A DNA stretch of 32,000 bases. Origin: Wigglesworthia glossinidia endosymbiont of Glossina brevipalpis (lineage in GTDB: Bacteria; Pseudomonadota; Gammaproteobacteria; Enterobacterales; Enterobacteriaceae). Numbering within the stretch: position 1 is the first letter of the stretch; each line of letters begins with the position of its first letter. The notes below the pieces were generated by a model that was not told the DNA's origin, did not search any database, and saw only the letters and a program-made list of their open reading frames with translations. The position numbers and the translations under genes were made by a program. This document shows positions 1 to 7,817 of this stretch, in pieces. The DNA lies in contig BA000021.3 of NCBI GenBank assembly GCA_000008885.1, forward strand, positions 330,001 through 362,000, written 5' to 3'.

Positions 1-157
1 TTATTAAAATTGTTTTATTTATTAATTTTTTATTTAAATTTATTTTTATCAATTTAATAAAAATTTTATTTTTAAACTTTTATTTGCATATATAAAAAAT
101 GTTTTGTATATTAAAATTATTATTATATTTTAAATATATGAAATAATATAAAATAAT

Positions 158-373
158 ATGAAAAAAAAAATTCATCCTATGTCTTTAGATATACTAGCTA
201 CATGTTCTTGTGGAAACTCTTTGAAAATAAAATCTACAATAAAAAAGGATATATTGTTAGATGTATGTAATAAATGTCATCCATTTTATACTGGAACTCA
301 AAAAAAATTGAATATAGGAGGAAGAGTTAGTAAGTTTAAAAAAAGATTTGATAATATAGTGTATAAAAAATAA
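158..373 (+). CDS. rpmE: 50S ribosomal protein L31
   Basis: The 71-aa ORF aligns end to end with E. coli L31 as I recall it (MKKDIHP...SCSCGN...[12 protein letters not shown]...GGRV..F.KRF). It retains the CxC...CxxC zinc motif. The ATG is followed by an in-frame A10 run. Confidence 0.95.
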   Translation: MKKKIHPMSLDILATCSCGNSLKIKSTIKKDILLDVCNKCHPFYTGTQKKLNIGGRVSKFKKRFDNIVYKK

Positions 374-452
374 GTTTGTTTTTAATAAATATAATTAATT
401 AAATACATAATATATATAAATTTTAAATTTATAGATTAATATATTATAAAAA

Positions 453-498
453 TAAAATTTTAATTAATATTTTTACAAAAATATTAATTAAAATTTTA
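453..498. repeat. Perfect inverted repeat (22-bp arms, 2-nt spacer), A/T only
   Basis: Read directly from the sequence: TAAAATTTTAATTAATATTTTT (453-474), AC, AAAAATATTAATTAAAATTTTA (477-498). The arms are exact reverse complements (22/22). It lies 80 nt after the rpmE stop and 138 nt before the yadG start. Confidence 0.9.
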
Positions 499-635
499 AT
501 ATATGTTAATTTAAAACAAAGTTATTTATAATAAAAAATTATAAAAAATATATTTTTATTATGTATGAATTTTATCTTATAGATTATATAAAAAATTAGT
601 TTTATTATTTTTCTGCACAAAAGGAAATTTTATTA

Positions 636-1544
636 ATGAAGTACGCACTGGAAATAAAAAAATTAAGAAAAATATATAAAACGAATATATGTGCTATAAA
701 TTCGATCGATTTAAAAGTAAAAATTGGTGATTTTTATGCTTTGCTAGGTCCAAACGGGGCTGGAAAATCTACAACTATAGGCATATTAAGCAGTTTAATA
801 AAAAAGAGTTCTGGATTGGTAAAAATATTTGGATATGACATAGACAAAGATAAAATAAACACTAAAAAAAAAATTGGACTTGTTCCTCAAGAGTTTAATT
901 TTAGTCCATTTGAAACTATAAATCAAATTGTTATCAATCAAGCTGGATTTTATGGAATAAAAAAAAGCATAGCTATTGATAGAGCTAAAAAATATCTCAA
1001 TAAACTAGAACTATGGGATCAAAGAAATAAACCAGCAAGAGTTCTATCTGGAGGAACAAAACGTAGATTAATGATTGCTAGAGCTTTGATGCATAAACCT
1101 AAAGTTTTAATTTTAGATGAACCTACTGCAGGAGTAGATGTAGAAATAAGAAGACTAATATGGAAATTGTTAATAAATCTTAATAAAAATGGCAAAACAA
1201 TAATACTAACTACTCATTATTTTGAAGAAGCAGAATTCTTATGTAATCATATTGGAATAATGCAATATGGAATTTTAATAAAAAATACTTCAATTCAAAA
1301 ATTATTATCTAAAGTTAAATCAGAAAAATTTATTTTAGAATCATCTAGCGATATCTCTAAAATAAAAATTGAAGGATACAATTTTAAAAATTTGCAAAAA
1401 AATACATTAGAAGTTGAAGTTGATAAAAAAAAAGGATTAAATGATTTATTTTTTCAACTTAATTCTCAAAATATACATATAATAAGCATGAGAAACAAGT
1501 CTAACAGATTAGAAGAACTATTCTTAAATTTAGTATCTAAATAA
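636..1544 (+). CDS. yadG: ABC transporter ATP-binding protein (YadG family)
   Basis: The 302-aa ORF has Walker A GPNGAGKST, ABC signature LSGGTKRR and Walker B LILDEPTAGVD. It is nearly colinear with E. coli YadG (DFYALLGPNGAGKSTTIG, LVPQEFNF.PFET, MRNK.NRLEELF). The partner permease gene follows directly. Confidence 0.85.
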   Translation: MKYALEIKKLRKIYKTNICAINSIDLKVKIGDFYALLGPNGAGKSTTIGILSSLIKKSSGLVKIFGYDIDKDKINTKKKIGLVPQEFNFSPFETINQIVINQAGFYGIKKSIAIDRAKKYLNKLELWDQRNKPARVLSGGTKRRLMIARALMHKPKVLILDEPTAGVDVEIRRLIWKLLINLNKNGKTIILTTHYFEEAEFLCNHIGIMQYGILIKNTSIQKLLSKVKSEKFILESSSDISKIKIEGYNFKNLQKNTLEVEVDKKKGLNDLFFQLNSQNIHIISMRNKSNRLEELFLNLVSK

Positions 1545-1549
1545 ATTTT

Positions 1550-2332
1550 ATGGAATTGAAAATGAAACAGTCTAATTGGATTGCGTTAAAAAGTATTTTA
1601 TGCAAAGAAATATCTAGATTTTCTAGAATATGGGGTCAAACTTTAGTTCCTCCAGTGATAACTATGATGCTTTATTTTTTTATTTTTGGAAATTTAATTG
1701 GAGTAAATTTAGAAAAAATTCAAGGATTTTCTTATATGGAATTTATCATTCCAGGAATGATAATGATGTCTGTTATTACAAATTCTTATAGTAATGTTTC
1801 TTCTTCTTTTTTTAGCGCTAAATTTCAAAGAAACATAGAAGAAATGTTGATTGCCCCAATCCCAGTTTATGTTATTATTTTTGGATATATAGGAGGAGGA
1901 ATAGCACGCGCAATATGCGTAGGGGGACTAGTAAGTATAGTATCTTTATTTTTTTTGGTTATAAAAATAAAACAATTAATTATAATTTTATCAATATTAA
2001 TATTGACATCTATACTTTTTTCTTTAGCAGGTTTGTTGAATGGTATTTTTGCAAAAAGTTTTGATGATATAAGTATAGTACCAACATTTATTTTGACTCC
2101 TTTGACTTATCTAGGAGGAGTATTCTATTCATTAAAATTACTCCCTATTTTTTGGCAAAAAATTTCTAAATTTAATCCAATTGTATATATGGTGAATAGT
2201 TTTAGATATGGTTTTTTAGGAATTACTGATGTATCTATTTTTTTGTCTTTTATTATAATTATTTCAATTATTGCAATTTTGTATGTGTTTGTTTGGTATT
2301 TGATTCATAATAATTGGAATCTTAAAATTTAA
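1550..2332 (+). CDS. yadH: ABC-2 type transporter permease (YadH family)
   Basis: The 260-aa multi-pass hydrophobic ORF strongly resembles E. coli YadH (W.ALKSI..KEI.RF.RIW.QTLVPPVITM.LYF.IFGNLIG ... FAK.FDDIS.VPTF.LTPLTYLGGVFYSL.LLP ... NPIVYM). Homology suggests the true start is the ATG at 1562 (MKQSNW...). Confidence 0.85.
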   Translation: MELKMKQSNWIALKSILCKEISRFSRIWGQTLVPPVITMMLYFFIFGNLIGVNLEKIQGFSYMEFIIPGMIMMSVITNSYSNVSSSFFSAKFQRNIEEMLIAPIPVYVIIFGYIGGGIARAICVGGLVSIVSLFFLVIKIKQLIIILSILILTSILFSLAGLLNGIFAKSFDDISIVPTFILTPLTYLGGVFYSLKLLPIFWQKISKFNPIVYMVNSFRYGFLGITDVSIFLSFIIIISIIAILYVFVWYLIHNNWNLKI

Positions 2333-2400
2333 ATTTAACAATTAAAAATTAACAACACTAAATGAATTTAAAAATAGTTTAATTTAACAATATATATTTT

Positions 2401-3531
2401 ATGAATATAGTTGAAATTGCTAAAAATTTAATTAAATGTCAATCTTTAAGCCCATATGATGCTGGATGTAATAAAATAATAATAAAATGCTTGCACAATA
2501 TGGGATTTTATGTTGAAAAAATGAAATTTGGGAAAACTGAAAATATTTGGGCCTATAAAGGAACAGGATATACTTTATTATTTGCTGGTCATACGGATGT
2601 AGTACATGCAGGGAATGTAAAAAATTGGAAATATCCTCCATTTTCTTCAAAATTAAAAGATGGAATTTTATACGGCAGAGGATCTGCTGACATGAAAGGT
2701 GCTTTAGCTGCTATGCTAATTGCCGCAAAAAAATTTTTTAAATCATATAAGGAGCCTAAAGGAAGATTAGCATTTCTAATAACTTCAGACGAAGAAGGTT
2801 CTGGAAGTAATGGAACAAAAAAAGTAATTAATGTTCTTTTAAAAAGAAAAGAAAAAATTGATTGCTGTTTAATAGGAGAACCTACTGGAGAGAAAAATAT
2901 AGGAGATATAGTAAAAAATGGAAGAAGAGGATCTTTAAGCGTAAAAATAATTATTTATGGCAAACAAAATCATGTAGCTTATGCTGAAAATAATAATAAT
3001 CCGATATATCATTCTAATAAAATAATAGGCGAGTTACTAAAAACCTCTTGGAATGACGTGCAATGCATATTGCCTAAAACTACAATGCAAATTATTGGAA
3101 TAAGAAGCAATATAAAAAAATTTACTAATATTACTCCTAGTAAAGTAGAAATAATTATAAATTTTAGATTTAATTTTAAATCAAACAAAAAAATAATAAA
3201 AGAAAAAATAGTTTCAATTTTAAAAAAATATAAATATTTTTATGATATAAAATGCATTTTACATAGTGATCCATTCTTCACAAAAACTGGAAATTTATTA
3301 AAATCAGTAATAGAATCTGTAAAAATTTATCAAAAAATTACTCCTTGTATAATAAATTCTGGAGGAACGTCAGATGGAAGATTTATATATAAAATTAGTA
3401 AACAAATTATCGAATTAGGTTTGTTGAACAAAACAATTCACAAAGATAATGAGCATATAAAAGTAAAAGATTTACTAATATTATGTAATATATATCAATA
3501 TATTTTAAAAAAAATATTAATAAAAAATTAA
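2401..3531 (+). CDS. dapE: Succinyl-diaminopimelate desuccinylase
   Basis: The 376-aa ORF carries M20 peptidase/DapE motifs: AGHTDVV, GRGSADMKG, SDEEG, GEPT and a C-terminal IHK.NE. Length and order match enterobacterial DapE. Confidence 0.9.
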   Translation: MNIVEIAKNLIKCQSLSPYDAGCNKIIIKCLHNMGFYVEKMKFGKTENIWAYKGTGYTLLFAGHTDVVHAGNVKNWKYPPFSSKLKDGILYGRGSADMKGALAAMLIAAKKFFKSYKEPKGRLAFLITSDEEGSGSNGTKKVINVLLKRKEKIDCCLIGEPTGEKNIGDIVKNGRRGSLSVKIIIYGKQNHVAYAENNNNPIYHSNKIIGELLKTSWNDVQCILPKTTMQIIGIRSNIKKFTNITPSKVEIIINFRFNFKSNKKIIKEKIVSILKKYKYFYDIKCILHSDPFFTKTGNLLKSVIESVKIYQKITPCIINSGGTSDGRFIYKISKQIIELGLLNKTIHKDNEHIKVKDLLILCNIYQYILKKILIKN

Positions 3532-3562
3532 AAATTTATAAATTATATATTTATATAAATGT

Positions 3563-4233
3563 TTATAAGTTCCAATCAATTTGATCTCTTCCAGAATCGT
3601 TTAAAATTTTATTAGCTTTTATAAAATGATTGCATCCAATAAATCCATTATATGCTGAAAAAGGAGAAGGGTGCGATGATTCCAAAATAAAATGTTTTTT
3701 TGAATTAATTAATAACTTTTTTTTTTAGCATGATATCCCCATAAAATAAATATTACTTTATAACAATTAAAATTAATTATTTCAATAATTTTATCTGTAA
3801 ATTTTTGCCATCCAATATTTATATGAGAATTCGGCCTATTTTCTTCTACAGTAAGAACTGTATTTAAAAGAAGAACTCCTTGAATAGCCCATTTATTTAA
3901 ACATCCATGTTTAGGAATAATAAAATTTTTTATGCTATTTTTTAATTCTTTAAAAATATTCCTTAGAGAAGGTGGTATTTTAGAATTTTTTTTAACAGAA
4001 AAACATAATCCATCTGCTTGATCTTCCTTATAATAAGGATCTTGTCCAATAATCACAATTTTAATATTTTTTAATGGAGTTAATTTTATAGATTTAAATA
4101 TATCTTTTTTCTCAGGAAAAATTTTTTTTCCACATGTTTTTTGAAAGTTAATGAAATTAAAAATTTTAATAAAGTATTCTTTATTTTTTTCTTTTGATAG
4201 AAAATTTTTCCATGTTAAAAATTCATTTTTCAT
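3563..4233 (-). pseudogene. ung: Uracil-DNA glycosylase, interrupted by a frameshift in an A10 tract (T10 on + strand, 3717-3726)
   Basis: The ORF 3709-4233 gives the N-terminal 174 aa (GQDPY, PPSL, GVLLLNTVLTV, LWG.HA.KK) and stops right after the A10 run. The shifted frame over 3563-3716 reads LLINSKKHFILESSHPSPFSAYNGFIGCNHFIKANKILNDSGRDQIDWNL*. That is the conserved Ung C-terminus, including the HPSPLS catalytic-His motif. One extra A (A11) would give a continuous 223-aa protein. Confidence 0.85.
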
Positions 4234-4300
4234 ATGTTAATTTTATTTTTATAAAAAAATTATTTTTTAAATTTAAATATATAATAATTTGTAAAATTCA

Positions 4301-5461
4301 TTAATATTTAGAATTTTCTTTTAAAATTTTAATTGTATTATTAATTTGATTTATTGCAAAAGAAATGTCTTCTTTAGAAGTAAATCTTCCTATCGAAAAT
4401 CTAATCGAACTTTTAGATAAAAAGTGATTCAACCCCATAGCTTTTAAAACATGAGATGAATTTTCTTTTTCAGAAGAACAAGCAGATCCTGAAGAAATAG
4501 CTAGATCTTTTAATAAAATAATTAAAGTTTTACTATCAATTCCTAAAAAGGTTATATTTAATATATTTGGAATATTGTTTATTGGATCTCCGTTTAATAA
4601 AATATTATTTTTTTCTTTTATTCCAGATAAAAATTTATCTCTAAGTAATTTTATTTTTTTATTTTCTAAATTCATTTCGTCTTTTAGAATAGCGCATGCT
4701 TTTCCCATTCCTACTATTTGATGAACTGGTAAAGTTCCAGATCTAAAATTTTTTTCTTGTCCACCTCCGTGTATTTGAGCTTTAAAATAAATAGGAGGTT
4801 TTCTTCTCAAAAATAATGCTCCTACACCTTTGGGTCCATAAATTTTATGAGAACTAAAAGACATAAGATCAATAGGAATCAACGAAACATCTATAGGAAT
4901 TTTCCCTATGCTTTGAGTAGCATCTACGTGAAACAAAATTTTCCTAGATTTACATATTTTACAAAAAGATTCTATATCTTGTATTATTCCAGTTTCATTA
5001 TTAACATGCATTAAAGAAACTAAAACTGTGTTTTTTTTTATTTTTTCTTCTAATCTTTTTGGATGAATGATTCCATTTTTATTTGGAGATAACAAAGTTA
5101 ATTCTATGCCATTTTCTTGCAAATTATATAATGTATCTAAAACAGAAATATGCTCAGTTTCCCCAGAAATAACATGTAATTTTTCTGTTTTATTAAAATT
5201 TATTGACCCTTTTATTGCTAAGTTATTTGATTCGGTTGCACCAGAAGTAAATATTATTTCTCTTGCATCTGAATTAATCAAATTTGATATATTTTTTCTA
5301 GATTTTTCTACAGCTTGTTCTGCTTTCCATCCATATATATGAGAACGAGAAGATGGATTTCCAAATATTCCATCATATTTTAAATATTTTATCATTTCTT
5401 CATACACTCTTTGATCTACTGGAGTAGTAGATGCATAATCTAAATATATTGGAAACTTCAC
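4301..5461 (-). CDS. iscS: Cysteine desulfurase IscS
   Basis: The 386-aa ORF is colinear with E. coli IscS: M.(L/F)PIYLDY..TTPVD, FTSGATES.NLAIKG, HVDATQS.GK.PID, SFS.HKIYGPKG (PLP Lys) and SSGSAC.S (active-site Cys). It ends about 18 aa before the E. coli C-terminus. Confidence 0.9.
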   Translation of the reverse strand: MKFPIYLDYASTTPVDQRVYEEMIKYLKYDGIFGNPSSRSHIYGWKAEQAVEKSRKNISNLINSDAREIIFTSGATESNNLAIKGSINFNKTEKLHVISGETEHISVLDTLYNLQENGIELTLLSPNKNGIIHPKRLEEKIKKNTVLVSLMHVNNETGIIQDIESFCKICKSRKILFHVDATQSIGKIPIDVSLIPIDLMSFSSHKIYGPKGVGALFLRRKPPIYFKAQIHGGGQEKNFRSGTLPVHQIVGMGKACAILKDEMNLENKKIKLLRDKFLSGIKEKNNILLNGDPINNIPNILNITFLGIDSKTLIILLKDLAISSGSACSSEKENSSHVLKAMGLNHFLSKSSIRFSIGRFTSKEDISFAINQINNTIKILKENSKY

Positions 5462-5657
5462 TTATTTTTAATCCTATAAAAATAATTATATATATAATAT
5501 ATTATCATTAAATTTAATTTGTTAAAAATAAATTAAATTTAAAATAATGAATATTTTTATTTATATATTATAATAAGTAAATTTTACCTTATTTTAAAAA
5601 ATTTTTTATTTATAAAATATTTTAATTTAAATAAATTTAAATAAGAGAAAACATATT

Positions 5658-6467
5658 ATGTATCCAATGCTTAACATTGCAATTCAAGCTGCCAGAGAAG
5701 CAGGAAAATTAATAAATAAATATTATGGAGGAATATATTTATCTGAAAATATATATCAAATAAATGAAAATTCATTTGATATTAATAATGCAGTAGAAAA
5801 TTTAATTTGTAATATTATTAAAAAATATTATCCTAATCATATTATTTTAAATATAAATAAAGAAATAAAATATAATTTTTTCTCAAGAAAAAAAAAAGAA
5901 ATTTCAAATGTAAAATGGATTATAGATCCAATAAATGGTTATGAGAATTTTTCTACAAACATTCCTCATTTTGCTGTTTCTATAGCAGTTCAAATAAATT
6001 TAAAAACAGAAATTTCAGTAATATACGATCCTATTAAAAATGAACTGTTTAATGCTATAAGAGGAAGAGGTGCTCAATTAAACGGTTATAGAATTAGGAC
6101 AAAAAAAATTAAAAACATAAAAGACATAATTATATCTACAATAATTTCTAATGAAAAACAAAATATAAATAATAATTATGATTTTATTTTAAATAATTTA
6201 ATTTTATATTTTAAAAACTTCAGATGTACAGGATCTATAGCATTAGATTTAGCATACGTAGCTTCTAATAGATTTTCTTTGTTTTTTTTGATTAAATCAG
6301 ATTTAGAAAAATTTTTTATAAGCAATGATCTTATAATAAGAGAATCTGGAGGATTAATAACTGATTTTACTGGAGGTCATGATTATTTATATTCTGGAAA
6401 TATTTTAGCAGGAAATCCTGATATAGTAAAAAAAATTCTATTAATAATAAGAAAAAAATTAAAATAA
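5658..6467 (+). CDS. suhB: SuhB (inositol monophosphatase family / rRNA antitermination factor), catalytic motifs degenerate
   Basis: The 269-aa ORF begins MYPMLNIA..AAR.AG like E. coli SuhB. It also shares PHFAVSIAV, YDP..NELF.A.RG.GAQLNGYR.R, TGS.ALDLAYVA and DFTGGH.Y...GNI.AGNP. It is divergent from iscS, as in E. coli. Confidence 0.85.
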   Translation: MYPMLNIAIQAAREAGKLINKYYGGIYLSENIYQINENSFDINNAVENLICNIIKKYYPNHIILNINKEIKYNFFSRKKKEISNVKWIIDPINGYENFSTNIPHFAVSIAVQINLKTEISVIYDPIKNELFNAIRGRGAQLNGYRIRTKKIKNIKDIIISTIISNEKQNINNNYDFILNNLILYFKNFRCTGSIALDLAYVASNRFSLFFLIKSDLEKFFISNDLIIRESGGLITDFTGGHDYLYSGNILAGNPDIVKKILLIIRKKLK

Positions 6468-6616
6468 GTATATAATTTTTTTTAAATAAAAAAAACAAAA
6501 GTTTTTGATTAAATATTAATATTTTAATATAATAAATTTTTTATATAAACTTTTTATAAAAAACTTTATTAATATGATAAATTTTATTTATTGAAATACT
6601 GTACATTAAAATTTTT

Positions 6617-7297
6617 GTGAAAAAGAATATATTATTATTTTTGTTAAAACTAAATATTAACTTTTTTTTAAATTGTATTTGCATAGGATGGATAATAGCG
6701 TTGATTTCATATTTAATGAATAAAACAATTTTATGTATTTCATCTTCTGTTTTTGTAGTTTCTTGTTTAATTTTTTATTTATTAAAAATAAAGTATAATA
6801 ACAATAATAAATTAAAAAACAAAAAAAATAAAAAATTTATTTCACTAAATAATGAAAAAATTTTTGAGAAAGAAAACAATATTGTGTGTAAATTTGAAAA
6901 AAAAGAGAATACCTTAATATCCAAAGATACAATTTTAAAAGGAGATGTTATAGTAAAAAATAATATACATATATCTGGCAAAATATATGGAAATATAGAA
7001 GCAAAAGAAAATGTTATTTATATATTGCAAACAGGAATTATTGAAGGAAACTTGTTAGCAAAAGAAATTATTATTGATGGCAAAGTAAATGGTATATGTC
7101 AGTCATCTATTTTAGATATTTTAGAATATGGAAAATTATTTGGCATAATTAAATGTGATATAGTTACAATAAAAAAAGGCGGTAAATTTATTGGAAAATC
7201 TGAAAACTTAGAAATAGAAGAATCTAAAATTTTAAAAAAAAATAAAATTTATTCTAAAAAAGAAAGTGAAAATAAATTAATAAAAAATTCTATATAA
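6617..7297 (+). CDS. Membrane-anchored bactofilin (polymer-forming cytoskeletal protein, CcmA-like)
   Basis: The 226-aa ORF starts at a GTG; an alternative ATG lies at 6716. Its N-terminus has two hydrophobic segments (FFLNCICIGWIIALISYLM and ILCISSSVFVVSCLIFYLL). A Lys/Asn-rich linker follows. The C-terminal part, about residues 100-196, shows the bactofilin beta-helix pattern (I..DT.LKGD....N.I.I.GK..GNI.A.E.V.I...G...GN..AKE..IDGKV.G.......L.I...G...G.I.C....I..GG.F.G). Confidence 0.65.
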   Translation: MKKNILLFLLKLNINFFLNCICIGWIIALISYLMNKTILCISSSVFVVSCLIFYLLKIKYNNNNKLKNKKNKKFISLNNEKIFEKENNIVCKFEKKENTLISKDTILKGDVIVKNNIHISGKIYGNIEAKENVIYILQTGIIEGNLLAKEIIIDGKVNGICQSSILDILEYGKLFGIIKCDIVTIKKGGKFIGKSENLEIEESKILKKNKIYSKKESENKLIKNSI

Positions 7298-7817
7298 TAA
7301 GATTCTTTAAATAAGAAATTTAAATAAATAAATTAATAATATTTAATTATTTATATTTATTTTAAAATTTATAAATTACATATTTGTTGATTTTTTTAAT
7401 ATTTTTTTATATCATTCATAATGATTATTATATACAAATATTTATTAAATACGTTAAAACAAAATAATTAATAAATTTTTATTTCTAATTTTAATTAATA
7501 TAATTAAAATAAATTAATATTAAATACTGCTAATTATTAAAAAATTTATTTTTTTTGATAAAATTTTTAATTTTTTATTTACATACATAAAATATATAAA
7601 AGTATTTTTTTATTACAGTTAATTAATTTAAATTTTAAAATATTTGGATATAAATAAATTTATTATAAATATTTAATTTTATTTTTAATATAAAAATATA
7701 AATTTATTTATATAATAATTTTTAATAAAGCTAATGAATATTTTAATTAAATAAAAATTTTTCATTTTTATATTAAGTTTTTTAAAGAATTTAATATTTA
7801 AAAAATTAAATAATTAT

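Noticed and set aside
2432-2650. 72-aa ORF on the minus strand
   Set aside because: It lies entirely antisense within the well-conserved dapE coding region. The product is low-complexity and AT-codon-driven, with no recognisable motif.
5067-5342. 91-aa ORF on the plus strand
   Set aside because: It is antisense inside iscS. Shadow ORFs opposite highly conserved genes are expected, and there is no homology signal.
6775-6981. 68-aa ORF on the minus strand
   Set aside because: It is antisense to the Lys/Asn linker of the bactofilin ORF. The Phe/Leu-rich low-complexity translation is simply the complement of AAA/AAT codons.
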